A stretch of 49,253 bases of DNA, counting the filler, from Catajapyx aquilonaris (taxonomy: Eukaryota), in assembly GCA_000934665.2 (NCBI GenBank). It is 2 parts of 2 records of this genome, joined end to end, with 100 filler letters (N's around TTAATTAATTAA, not from the genome) between each part and the next. Parts side by side here need not be neighbours in the genome. Positions count along the whole stretch, not along the records: positions 1 to 24,571 come from JYFJ02005487.1; 1 more part is not named here. One strand, written 5' to 3'. The notes beneath the pieces were generated by a model that worked only from the letters and a program-made list of their open reading frames with translations, was not told the DNA's origin and ran no database searches. Positions 1-12,719 of this stretch are shown piece after piece (within the stretch, counting starts at the first letter, position 1; each line of letters opens with the position of its first letter). Both the position numbers and the translations under genes were made by a program.

Positions 1-255
1 GCTTTTTGCCCCCCCCCCCCTCCCTTGCCCAGAAATATCTGCATGACTTGCAAGCCAGGAGAAAAATACTCCTGGGCTATATTTTTTGTGCAAAAAAAAA
101 AGAGCGTCAGATATCATAGGATATAGGGAGTGATTTACGAGTTAGTTCGCGGTCCTGTTGGGAGATGGCGAGTCTTTGTGGCAAGCATGAAGGGCGGCTC
201 TTCGCGACATCTAACCTGGATATCAACAAACTCTACACATATTTTCTAGTTAATA

Positions 256-1078
256 CAGTTAAATCCGGATATAACAGACTTTAAGTGACCGATAAAATCA
301 GTGGATGTTATAACCGAGGTCTATTATAGCCAAAAAAATCGCCACTTTTTCAACAATTTTTTTTTGCTTTCCATATGCTTATAATGCACACATACTACTG
401 ATTATTTATTAATGAAGCTATCCACAACAATACAAAATTAGCTAACCCGTAACTTATTAGGCAGGACCTCAAAAAAAATCCGTCTCCTTCTTGCCAAATA
501 TACCAGAAAAAGAATGATTTTGACATTTTCTGCAAGTGTGATCAGTGACATAATGTGGGAAAATCACCCCCCCCCCCTCTCCAGTATGCACTCGTTTGGG
601 AATAAAGGAAGTTTGAGTAATCAAATGCAGCATATCGCACTCCACCAGTAGCAGTAATGTTGTATGTCCACAATTTGACGGAAATATGTCCTTCACTGGG
701 TAGTTCAGTGTGAGACGCATCCACCAGTAGAAAATGTTACAATTTGGACCAAAAATGGCGATGTAGTGTTAAAATTTCCATCAATTGTGATAGCTTTTTA
801 CTGTACAAAATGTGACATGCTTTAGGCTCCCCTGTATAATTAATGACCTTTTTGTGACATACAATACTTGTACTGGTGGAGTGCGATATTTTCCCACCCT
901 GAGGCCGAGATGCCAAGATATGGTCTTTTATACCCGCGAGGTGAGGTGAAAATGAGTATGTTATATCAGGAGTAAAAATACACAGGGCCGTATATGGAAG
1001 TATGCCGGGACCAACCCTTCCAGTCTGTTATAACCGAAAGTCTGTTACAGCCGAGGCTGTTATATCCGGATTCAACTG
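256..1078. mobile_element. Non-autonomous Tc1/mariner (pogo/Tigger-like) element / MITE
   Basis: Left end is TA|CAGTTAAATCCGGATATAACAG (256-277). Right end 1057-1078 is its reverse complement with one mismatch, followed by TG (decayed TA). Subterminal GTTATAACCGA repeats; no transposase ORF. Confidence 0.75.
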
Positions 1079-1762
1079 TGACGTCACACTTGTCGTATAG
1101 CCTCCTGACAATCCCTACTCTCGCTACCACCCAGGCACACCCTTGGCCCAGAGGCACGACTCGGGCCCTAACCTGCCCGTCAACACCAACACCGACGACA
1201 CATGCAACCATGACCTACTTATTATTACCATGCTGGTTGGCCCTCGGTGGTGGTCACCTGTCGACATGGTGACACTACTTCCCGGTACGGCGGTGCAGAG
1301 TTGGCCGAGGGCGGCCCGGGGTCAGTGACCCCCACTGAGCGAGTGTCACTGACTGATAAAAAAGAGCTCCAGATGGCGGGCTCTGACTGGCTGGGACCTA
1401 CCCAATCATCATAAACCAAAACCCAAAATATCATTTATATTATTTATTATTATTATTATTATTAATTACTTATTATTTAGCATCAGATAACCCTGTCCCA
1501 TGGAGGGCAGACCATGTGGGCCTTTGATGTGGGCCATGGTCTGCCCGCCGAATTTTGCAAGCAGCTGACTTTCGTACTACTGCTCACGACCTAGTTAGAA
1601 TAAATTAAACCAAGCAATAATATCGCGATTAAATTAATAGTATTTGAACAATTAACATTTAATAACGCCACAAAAATCAATAGCCAACTAGTATCAGTAA
1701 ATGCTTAATAATTATTTTGCAGCAGTTTCTTCTGACGAGCGTGGATTCGAACACGCCCTTTT

Positions 1763-1772
1763 CCGCCATCTT
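1763..1772 (+). promoter_or_regulatory. YY1/Pho-type motif CCGCCATCTT near the probable HIBCH 5' non-coding exon
   Basis: Matches CCGCCATNTT on the HIBCH sense strand, upstream of GT donor candidates (~1887). The same motif occurs at the SENP8 5' end. Confidence 0.35.
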
Positions 1773-2029
1773 TCATTTTTTCATTATTATTTTCTCTGCC
1801 GTCTGCTTTCACCTTCCAGTGAATTATTCCCAATTAATTTCTGGCGTTAATTAACGCTCGTCACCATCCCGCAAAAAAGAGTGTAAGGTAATGCCGCACT
1901 GGTTGCATGCCGGGTACAGGAGCCAAACGAGCTTAAAAGGCCACGTTGTGATGTTGAGCAACACATTTGCATAAGCATGCCCTGAATTAATTCCCATAGA
2001 TTGGCCTACAATAATTAGCAAAGTACAGC

Positions 2030-3270
2030 GTCACATGTACTTCATAATATGTACCGTACTTACAGTATGTACCAGTGCTTGTAGCGTACATATCAAGTAC
2101 ATGTACTTGTATGTACGTTGCACATACCCCTGTTTGTATGTATGTTACTTGTATTTGTATGTACGTTAGACCTACACATACTCATACTGGTATGTAGGCT
2201 GCGTTACATGTACTTGTATGTACTATATCGCTCAAAAAGATGGAGACGATTTTGCATTTGGTTTCGACGCAAAATCGTCTCTTTATCTTTTTGAGCGATG
2301 TAGTACTTTATATGTGCATTACATGTAGTTGTATGTACTTTATACGTGCATTACGTGTACTTGTATGTACTTTATATGTGCATTATGTGTACTTGTAGGC
2401 TATGTAATATCTACCCTACATGTACGTGTACTTGTATGTACGTAATATGTACCCTACATGTAGTACATGTACTTGTATGTACGTAATATGTACCCTACAT
2501 GTAGTACATGTACTTGTATGTACGTAATATGTACCCTACATGTAGTACATGTAGTACATGTACTTGTATGTACGTAATATGTACACTACATGTACGTGTA
2601 CTTGTATGTACGTAATATGTACACTACATGTACGTGTACTTGTATGTACGTAATATGTACACTACATGTACGTGTACTTGTATGTACGTAATATGTACAC
2701 TACATGTACCCTACATGTCATGTACTTGTATGTACATAATATGTACACTACATGTACGTAATATGTACCCTACATGTACTTGTATGTACGTAATATGTAC
2801 ACTACATGTAAGTGTACTTGTATGTACGTAATATGTACCCTACATGTAGTACATGTACTTGTATGTATGTAATATGTACCCTACATGTAGTACATGTAGT
2901 ACATGTACTTGTATGTACGTAATATGTACACTACATGTACGTGTACTTGTATGTACGTAATATGTACACTACATGTTCGTGTACTTGTATGTACGTAATA
3001 TGTACACTACATGTACCCTACATGTACATGTACTTGTATGTACATAATATGTACACTACATGTACGTAATATGTACCCTACATGTACTTGTATGTACGTA
3101 ATATGTACACTACATGTAAGTGTACTTGTATGTACGTAATATGTACCCTACATGCACATGTACTTGTATGTACGTAATATGTACCCTACATGCACATGTA
3201 CTTGTATGTACGTAATATGTACCCTACATGCACATGTACTTGTATGTACGTAATATCTGGTAATATGTAC
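2030..3270. repeat. GTAC/CATG-rich minisatellite (units ~32-41 bp, core TACATGTACTTGTATGTACGTAATATGTAC)
   Basis: About twenty near-identical units at 2400-3255 with degenerate flanks. Lies upstream of the CAG acceptor (3372-3374) that precedes the HIBCH ATG. Confidence 0.95.
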
Positions 3271-3376
3271 TTAATAATATTTACAACAGAGCAGAGGCAT
3301 AAAGCTGCATGCGCAAGATCGAGCATTGATACCGTATTGTTAATTAATTAATTAATTAATTATTACCCTTGCAGAT

Positions 3377-4678
3377 ATGCTGAGACGATTGGTCCAACTT
3401 CAGCGTGCAATTAGTCCTCGTTTGTGTGCCATGTCCACAGCAGGAGAGTCGCAAGATGTCATCTTGGAGGTTAAGAACGGGAAGGGAATTGCGACGCTCA
3501 ATAGGCCGAAGGTATGATCGCATTGTACGGCTCGTACTTGGTACTTAAGCTGTTTTACGTTTGCAGGCGCTGAACTCCTTGAATCTCGGCATGTTGCGGT
3601 CGTTCTATCCTGCGCTGGTTGACTGGGAAGGGAGCGTGGATATGGTGATGATTCGAGGTGCGGGCGAGAAAGCCTTTTGCTCAGGCGGGGATGTCCGAGC
3701 CATTGCAGTCGCTGCCAAGAAGGGGGAATTGGGCATGCCGCGAGACTTCTTCTCCACCGAGTACAAGCTCAACAGCTTGATCGGCTCGCTGCACATTCCA
3801 TACGTGGCGTTACTTGACGGGATTACCATGGGCGGAGGAGTCGGCGTGTCCGTCCACGGCTACTTCAGGGTGGCTACAGAGCGGACAATGTTCGCAATGC
3901 CTGAGACTGCCATCGGGTTCTTCCCAGACGTCGGCGGATCCTTCTTCCTTCCCAGACTTGGCGGAAACCTGGGCACATTCCTGGGCCTAACCGGATTCAG
4001 GCTGAAAGGCAGGGACGTACTGAAAGCCGGGGTGGCGACACATCTGTGCGACTCCTCAAAACTGCCCAGCTTGGAAGAGGAACTGATCACAATGAAATCG
4101 CCAACTGCAATCGCAATCGAAGAAGTGCTCGACCGGTAATGGTAGCATCTTGGTTGTTTTGAGTTCAAGTTGATTAACCTTTCTTGTAGGTACACCACGG
4201 AGGCGACATTTGGATCCGATAATTTCGTGCTGGAACCTCACCTGAAGGAGATAGAGTCCCACTTCGGCCACCAGACATGCGAGGAGATATTCGCATCGCT
4301 CGATAAGGCGGCTGGGTCATCAAAGTTCGCCACCAACACTCTCGAAGGGCTTCAGAAAGTGTCGCCGGTGTCGCTCAAGGTGACGCTTCGGGCCCTGCAG
4401 GAAGGTGCGGAAAAGAGCCTTCAGGAATGCCTGCAGATGGAGTTCAGGATTGCGATGCAGTTCACTAGAGAGCATGATCTGTATGAAGGTAATGGTCGAA
4501 ATTTGTATTAGTATGACACGTGGCACCAATGCAATCTATTTTCCAAGGCGTACGAGCAGCACTGATCGACAAGGACCAGAAGCCAGCCTGGAAGCCAAAC
4601 TCATTGGAGGGAGTCACGCCCGAGCATGTACGCAAATTCTTCGCACCACTTCCGCCTGACGAAGAACTGCAACTGTAA
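3377..4678 (+). CDS. HIBCH: 3-hydroxyisobutyryl-CoA hydrolase, mitochondrial (crotonase fold), 377 aa; exons 3377-3511, 3567-4135, 4190-4488, 4548-4678
   Basis: Motifs [42 protein letters not shown] and [13 protein letters not shown]. Arg-rich N-terminal targeting peptide. All introns GT-AG; 1134 nt in frame. Confidence 0.95.
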
Positions 4679-5386
4679 AAGGATTACGACGAAATGATGA
4701 ACGTTCCTATTATTTTTTTTTATAGAGTCTATTTTTGTAGGCATGGTGCTAAAAATCTGCATTTAACAGTGTAATGCTGAAATAGATACGTGCAAATATC
4801 CGAATGATAATACGAACGTTCTTGCAAGTTGCGAACTCATTTCTTTTTTTTATTCAAGGGAAATTGTAAAAGACAGGTGGACGCCTTTCTTTCTCTCTCT
4901 CAATACTTATCAAATGTCTCAACACATATTCCTCCCGCCCCAAAAAAGAAAAACTCTGGACTGTTAGGGACTTCCCCCCTCCCCTGTACGTAAAAAGAAA
5001 ATGCGAGTGAACAGACCCCACTGGTAAATTGTTTTTATAAGTCATATATACAGCAAAAATTGCGCTATACATCCGAAAAAAGAGCGGGGGAGCGGACGAG
5101 TTCACCAGATTTATTGTTATTTGAACAAAGACCGATGAAAAATAATTTATACAGGGCCCCACAAAATAATTAATTGAAATCCAAATCGCCCTCTTGCAAC
5201 ACGAGGGTTGGAAGAAAAATTGTTTTTGCTTTTTTTTTCAAAATGTAAAGGTGGGAAATTACGCCACAAACCACAAATATTGTCCAGAAAAAAATGAAAG
5301 ACAGGACCTCGAACGAAACGAACTAGACCTCATGGTTGGGTTGTTTTTTTTTCCAAGTTTTGAGTGTGCTGCTTCTGGGGGTTTTA

Positions 5387-8300
5387 TCAGTCGATGTATT
5401 GTGCCAGCCATCGGAATCCTTCGCCGTATCCCTGCCTCTTCAGAACTGAGCACATGAAAAGCTCCAGTGGACGTCCCGGGAGCTCCGTTCTGGCCACCTT
5501 GCCCTGCAAAAACAATGGTTTTATCAATCCGCATTTAGCTTCTTCAAGGTGCAACAGCCTTACCTTTCCTGTGGTCTGGCCATACAGCCCAAACCAATTC
5601 CTGAGCTCGTCCTCAGAAGCTGCCCCTGGCCTGTCGATCTTGTTGCCGAGGACGAGGATCGGGCAGTTGCAGAGCTGCTCATCTGTCAGCAAGGAGTCCA
5701 GCTCCACTTTGGACTCCGAAAAGCGATCCCGGTCGCACGCATCAATGAGGAATACAACCGCATCCACGGCCGGGAAGTAATCCTTCCATACACGCCTCGC
5801 TGAAATTACCAAACAATTGAAATGCCTATCGAACAGCACATTACAGGCCCTGTAATGGACACGTACAACTACTTCGCAATCATTACAAATCAGCACTGAG
5901 CGAATCACTCGCACATTTGAGCGATTGTTTTCAAACAATAACAACAACACATTTCATCGACCTGAACATTTTTGAGGTAATTTACTAGTCGACAACAAAT
6001 TGGTTTCGATGCACCAGTCGTGGCCGTTACTTTCACTTAAATTAACAATGCAGGTAGTGCATAGGTTGAAAACCAGGAGTATAAACAAGCTCATAATGTC
6101 ACCTTGATGATGTCCTCCAAGGTCAAAGGTTGTGAATCGCATGTTCCCTATGGAGAGCTCTTCCGATGCTGGAAAAAAAATCAACGGACTGCGATTAGAT
6201 TTAGCCCGCAATTAAGCATGACATGCAAATTAAAACAGTTTGTGGTCCAATGTCGACTCGGCTTAACTCATCCGTAACTTCGGGTAATTATACACAACAA
6301 GCAGTGAAATGCGGATTCCCACTACTGAACCAACAAAAGGCCAGTCGTACACGAGAAAGATCTTCATACTCGTACTGCTATGTAAAATTCACAATATGAA
6401 AATATTCCTTCTTAGTGAGTCGATATGACTTTTAAGGCAAATTCTTGCGATTATTTAGCAATCAAAGGTACGTTCATGACTCTGCTTGATATAACGCATA
6501 AGCAATTTCGAAATAATAGTGGGAAAAACCAGAGTTCATTAGCTTCAAACGGGCATTCTCTCCCGCAATTTTTTAAACCTTAAACTTGTGAACTGAAACC
6601 AAGCACTTTTAATTACTTTACTACCGCAAAGAGCCGTCGGCGTACAGTACAAGTTATTACTACGACTAGGTAAATGCTTAGCAAATTATGTTGCCAAAAA
6701 AAGCACTTGTTAGTTATTAAACGCTTGCTCCCTCGTTACAACAAAGGACCACAAAAACAATGATAAGCTGGATTTGTTAAGACGGCAATAATCTCACTGG
6801 CGTGAAGGGTGGGGACGTGCTGGGCCATCCGGTCATCTTTGAGCATGTGCAAAAGGGTGGTCTTCCCCGCATTGTCCAGACCCAGGAATAGCAATTTGCC
6901 GGACTTGTTCCACAGACCTGCGATTATTTTTAAAAAAAAGAAGAACATAATAATCACATCATTAACTAGATAAAAAAATGCCGGGGTCAAAAATACCATC
7001 CCGCACAAGAGTGGGAATAATCGGCAGTAAAAAAAATGTACTCAGGGTCACCTAAGCATGCAAAACCTGCTCCTGACCTTCAAGTTTTTTTTTTCTCTCG
7101 TTCCATTGCACAGCTTCCTGTTAATTTTGTTTTTTTTTTCTAAATGTTTCTCAGGTGGAATCAACTGCACTGCGCAGCTTTGGAGAAAGTTTTTTCTTCT
7201 TCGCAATTAGCATATCCCCACCCCCACACGGATCCGTACTTGTTTAAAGTTGATCAATCGTCACCTTTCACTTGCCAAACAGGTGGCCTCAAATTATTTT
7301 CGATGCAAACATTTCACTGAACATGACGAGCACAATTCGCTACAAATGCTCATAAATGGCCGCCGATGACTGATTATATTATTAACGAGGCTACAATTCA
7401 GCAACGACTATAATTCAAAAGCGATGGTGCAGTACTTGTTAGCATAGGTAACAACTGAAGCTTAATTTCACAACTTCAACATGCACACATTTACGGCAAG
7501 TGAAAGGCGATGCATCATCGAAAATGCTTTCAAAACGACTTACTGTATGGAATCGGATCTATTTGATCCTCGTCGACCAGCAATCGCAACAGAGTCGCTT
7601 TACCGGAATTTGCCAAACCTGCAAACGCCAGTCGCGGCTTCTTCCAAACACCTTCAATAAAAATTCGGGGGGCCTTTAATTTTGCGAGAAAAACAGACGA
7701 CACAGAAACAGCTGTTTTCATGATCTGGCCATGCGCCAATTGCACTTGGAACAACAGTCCTTCCCCGGGGTTATTGTGTAAGTTTAAAATCTGATTCAGG
7801 AGCAAGTTTCTTTGCCAAGGCTTTTACGCTTTGTCCTTTTTTATATATACACGTCATCAGCAGCAAGCAACACCTTTCTTATCTAATCGGACCAGTGGGC
7901 CAAGATAATCATCTCGACATTGTTATGAAGCATCCTGCATGATCATGGCAATTCGCTGCAGAAATTGGGGTCAAAGTTCGTGTGGGCAACACACTTCCAA
8001 TACTGTAATGCAGCTTAAGAACTCGTAACATTGTAGATGTCATCAAAAATTTTCAAGCTTCGTATGCAAAAAGATTTTATCTCACTTGAACTTTGTGATG
8101 TAAACAAGTGGAAATCTCAAGCTACTTCTGAAATGAATCATGGTTTCTGACGATGTGTCAGCAATTTTTGAAGAAAACGGTCGTTTAATTATTATCATTA
8201 CATAAAATAAGTACCAGGATGCTACGAAGCGACCCACGAATCGTAAATGTACACCTGAAGAATTCGAGTAATGTTGCGCTAAACCAAGCTGTACGTGTAA

Positions 8301-10397
8301 ATTACGCCAAACAATTTTTCCCCAACTTACGACACCACTGTTCACATGTTTGATGCCTAATTATTCAATTCCCTGCAATACTTTTTAAATGGGTACGTAA
8401 ATCGACAGTCACTTCGAATTAATTTCATCCGAAGGTGATATACAGCATGGTATTTTGTTATGTTTTCATTCAGTGAGGAAACTTAAGGTCATGTCACAAC
8501 CTGTAACACTACACGGATATTGCTAAACAGAATTTCCATGTTAAATTCAAGGCAACTGGCTTCTAAAAATGGACGTGGCAGCTGCAAAGTGTGTGAAATC
8601 GAGGTGGAAGCTGGTCATTTGAGTAATTCAAAATGGTGTGTATGACAGCTCATGTCTTTTCAATTTTAAGAAAATGGTACGTACTGACATCAGCGTCACA
8701 TCAACTGACAAAAATTTTGTCCAATTTATCAAACACTCTGGCATTAATGATGTGCTCCGATTCACTTTTCTTCACAGCATATAAACAGAGGCAACAAGTT
8801 ATATGTAATCACTTAACGACACAAATTTTTTTTAAACAAATTTACGGCCTGTTAAGACAAGCATCATTGTTAGCACGAGACTGGACACTGAAATGTAATC
8901 TGCTCAATAGTTACAAAATGTTTCAGGTTGTTTCAACTCCCGTCATTGTGATGTCTTGTCTATTCCCTTGTCGCATGCAGCACAATGCCTCATGTGACTA
9001 GAATTAGGATTGCATTATGTTCCTCAGAAATTCTATTTCAGATGAGCAAAAATTGCGTATCGTAAAATCCTGCATTACAAAATAAACTACAATATTCAAC
9101 CTTACTGTACACTTACATTGCACATTAACTAAATCCAAGCAGCCGTTAAAGTACTTAATAAATTGCGCCCAAAATTGAGGTCAGCACATATTGCGCAGAA
9201 GTGGCGATCGATTAATAATTGGCCCACCATTAAGAACACTTGCAAACTGTGCTGACAGGTAGTCGACATAAATTTGTCATTAATAAAATTATATCAAAAA
9301 ACTGGGCAAACATATACAGCAATACCGCGCTTCATGACCAACTTTAAATTACAGTAATTTTAATCACTTTCAATGCTCCATTGCTATCACGCATAATAAG
9401 CGCAGGCGTACCATTTAAAAATCAATTAATCTTCATTTCACATGGTTATTATTGGTCCAGCATGTTTTAAGGCTGTGCACTACCAATACCGCACTTCATG
9501 ACCCAATATTTTCCCAGTAATTTTAATAAGTTTCAACGCTCCCCTTGCTCTTAAGGTATGTGTTTACATGCGAGTTATTTGACAAGCGAATCGGAGCGAT
9601 TAAGTCGCCGAGCAAAGGAACCAATATGGTTCGAGGTGAAAGTAACAATCAATTTATTATTATACTATACTATGTATTCTTCTTTGTTAATTGTTAATCT
9701 GGTGTCTGCCTCCCTGCGGAATGAGGCAGAGAGGTTAATAAATGATCGAGGGCCGTTTTCTCGAACAGTGGTTCAAATGTAAACCCGGTTCAAAGCCGGT
9801 TTAAACCCTTGACAACAGCCTAACAACAATCAAATCAGGGATTAAACTGGCTTTGAACCCGGTTTACATTTGAACTACTGTTCGAGAAAACGGCCCTCAG
9901 AAAGTAACAATCGATTTTCGTCTCCCTTCAATACTGGTTACCCGCTCGGTGATGACATTGTGCGATCAAATCACTCGCATGTAAATCCTGCTTTACACAT
10001 AGTAAGTGCAGCAATAATCATTTTAAAATCCATTATTCTTACTATTCATGCGAGCGATTCGACGAGCGTCGCCAAGGCTGACTAACCCGAGTAACCAGCA
10101 TTGTTTGAGGCGAAAATCGATTGTTAACTTCTATCTCGGCTAAGACTTCGCTTGTCAAATCGCTCACATGCAAAACGTAAAAGGATAAACATGTTACGGC
10201 CTTATTAACGCTATTTATGCAATGCACTTCTCAAGTACGCCCCAGCTGCCTCTGTACGTTCAGCAGGGCAATGGCCGTGTTCTTTTAGGTCATTAGTTCC
10301 GCACAACATCTCCGCATTGGTCAACTTGTACCATATTTTGCGCCGGATACTCACCTAAGTAGCGCAGCACGTTTGTGAACCAGTCCCAAAGGAACAT
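5387..10397 (-). CDS. SAR1: COPII small GTPase Sar1, 193 aa; exons 10397-10355, 6917-6798, 6168-6103, 5799-5564, 5503-5387
   Basis: [15 protein letters not shown] amphipathic helix, [10 protein letters not shown]-loop, DLGGH, NKID and [17 protein letters not shown]-terminus. GT-AG introns; 582 nt in frame. A 5'-UTR intron lies at 10423-10486. Confidence 0.96.
7544..7651 (-). other. Putative alternative (duplicated, diverged) SAR1 coding exon 2
   Basis: 108 nt between TTTTTATTGAAG| and |GTAAGT, phase 1 at both ends like exon 6917-6798. Encodes [36 protein letters not shown] versus [40 protein letters not shown]. Confidence 0.7.
9750..9896. mobile_element. PIF/Harbinger-like fold-back MITE (147 bp)
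   Basis: Near-perfect inverted arms of ~60 bp, beginning GGGCCGTTTTCTCGAACAG and ending CTGTTCGAGAAAACGGCCC. The 3-bp flanks are imperfect (CGA/TCA). Confidence 0.7.
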
Positions 10398-10717
10398 CTT
10401 TGTGTATGTGTGTGTTCTAAAGCCTGCGGGGGGCAGAACAAGTGATTAGAACACATGCTGTTGAATTGGAATAGGCCTCGAGTTACCTTTCTTTTGAGAG
10501 AGAAGAAGAGGTCACCGAACAGGACCCCGAGGCAGTTAAAATCGTGGTTGAAAGGTGGGGGACAGTAATAATACTTTGTTTTTTTAAAAAAAATGAGTTG
10601 AATTTTTTGGGGACTTAAAAAGTGGGGGAGAGAGAAGTGGACACAAGACTTTTTTTTCCCCCGAAAAAATCGAACGTGTTGAGTGGAAACCGAGCAGGTC
10701 TCTCGCTTAGCTGCGAG

Positions 10718-10754
10718 TGACGTCAAATCAGGATGGTTGGCATTCGTGACGTAA
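10718..10754. promoter_or_regulatory. Paired CRE/ATF-like sites upstream of SAR1
   Basis: TGACGTCA (10718-10725) and TGACGTAA (10747-10754) lie 320-360 bp above the SAR1 ATG. CCAAT boxes occur at ~10842 and ~10866. Confidence 0.45.
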
Positions 10755-11862
10755 TCAGGGGGAGGGGGGGAGGAAGAGGTGGGGTGGAGAGGGGGGAAAA
10801 AAAGGGGGCTACACAGTGGAGTCACAACCGGGCTGGCTCGGATTGGATAGAAAAAACTAATGAAACCAATCCGGAAGCAGAGAAGCAAACTGACGCATGC
10901 GACCTAAATTCCGACTGAATTATGTAAACCACAGTAACAGCACAATACGCATGCGCTACAACAGACAAGTGGATCGCATGTTAACACAATCCAGCTTCAT
11001 CAAGAGCCGACCAATCAGAACGTGGATCGATCTAACGACGCATGCATACTACGCTGAGGTTGGAACATGTTAGTAAATAATGAAGGTTTGGTGTACAATT
11101 GAAGGCGGACATGTTGGATCCAACTAGTTCGTGGAAGATTGTGATTGGCCGCCCCACTGGATACAAGATGTCGCGATTTTGTGGGACCCATTATGGCGCG
11201 CAATTTCAATTTACAACTTCAATGGACTCGGATTGCGCATGCGCCGTTCAGGAATCTGCTGAAAATGCATTTCAATGGCTAAATTCGTGTAAAAACATGA
11301 TTTCCTGGTAAAATCAGCTGTAATTAATGTAGGCCTAATTATTAATTATGATTAAGTATTAATAATTAATTAGTGTAATAAATGTAATTAATGTACCACA
11401 ATTATAAATATAGTAACTTATAATAATTTATGGTACAACTCCGTTTGCCGGATGCAACAGCAACCAGGAAACAGAAAATAACCTAATTAATGTAAATTAT
11501 AACAATTGTGCAGTACTGTAATTTTTGTAATAAATATGCGCATTTATGTACTTAATTTATAAGCATCCATTCAGCACATTTTCATAGTTTCATGAACAAG
11601 AGATCATGCCTTTTCGCACCTGGAAATGTGATTATTACTATCAATTAACCATCTTGATGGGAATATGCCGTGAAGGAAATGTATGTATGTATGTATGTAT
11701 GTAATTAACTATCATTGTCCCCGCACTGGCGTATAGAAAATCTTATATCCTTTTCATGCACGCAACCCCATTTAATCGTGCCTAGAAAGAAACGATGCGG
11801 TTGCAACAATTCACAACAAAGTTCGTTCATACCAAAGATTCTCATTGTCACGTTTCCTCCGT

Positions 11863-12578
11863 TCACTTTTTCCTGGACACGAGTTCCGTGATTGCACTTT
11901 CAATCCTCTTCCTTGCCCCTTCGACCCTGCTCAGTGGTGGTACGCTGCCCTCAAGTCCCTCCACGAGATTCCCCTTGGACAAGTATATCTCAGCCAGATG
12001 CTCCGCACAGCACAAGACGTGCACCCCACAGTCATACGAGTTCCCCTGCTGCAAGGCCTGTCCCTCCTTGTATTTGAGCTTCGGAGTCAGCCGGTTGGCC
12101 AGACTCTGCGCAGCCTGCCGATTCATACCGTTGGACGAGTCGAAGTGGAAGAAGAGCGAGTCTGGTTGGCTCAACACCAGCAAGCTCCAGTGGCTTCCAA
12201 CAGGCTGGCTCGTAAAAACACCTGTCATCAGAAATGGTTATTATACCGCTATTGAACAGGTACACACGGAGACACAGTGTCATACTAACCAGCCTTCTGC
12301 ACCGAGTTGTTCACCGGCAGTAAAGCAAATTTGACATTAGGAGCCAACACCTGGGCGCCCATCACAGCCAGATCATCCCTGCTGCATTCCCTGAGAAGCT
12401 GCACCACCTCGGGAGCCACAAACAGGACGTCGTCCCTTCCCGAGAACATCCTCTCCTGAGTGTACTCAAGCCAGAACCCAATGAGGCGATCATTCAACCA
12501 GTTTGGCTCACAAAGCAGCTGCATGTCCGACTTGTACAACACACTGTCATTATAACTCAGCAACAATGTGTCCGGCAT
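11863..12578 (-). CDS. SENP8: NEDD8-specific protease SENP8/DEN1 (Ulp1/C48 family), ~215 aa; exons 12578-12290, 12221-11863
   Basis: LSYNDSVLYKSD and WLNDRLIGFWLEY motifs; catalytic His (SHWSLL), Asp (HFDS) and Gln/Cys (QQGNSYDCG). 68-nt GT-AG intron; 648 nt in frame. Confidence 0.92.
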
Positions 12579-12719
12579 TGCCTGAGAAGAAACGTACAAT
12601 GCAATAAAATCATACCAAATGCCAAAAATTGACTAAAAAATCTGCAACTTTCATGTACTCCTTACATACTAAGTACTTAAATTACTCTTTACATACAAAT
12701 ACTTAGTACTTGATGTATT

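Noticed and set aside
2400..3255. CRISPR-like array, or coding ORF 2628-2831
   Set aside because: Units are contiguous with no unique spacers, there are no cas genes, and the context is a eukaryotic intron. The ORF is translated repeat.
8331..8372. 42-nt poison exon in the SAR1 intron (CAG|...|GTAAGT, stops in all frames)
   Set aside because: Splice-like signals alone are common by chance, and there is no homology support.
10355..10888. 177-aa ORF over the SAR1 5' region
   Set aside because: Low-complexity promoter/UTR sequence. The real coding exon (10397-10355) is in another frame.
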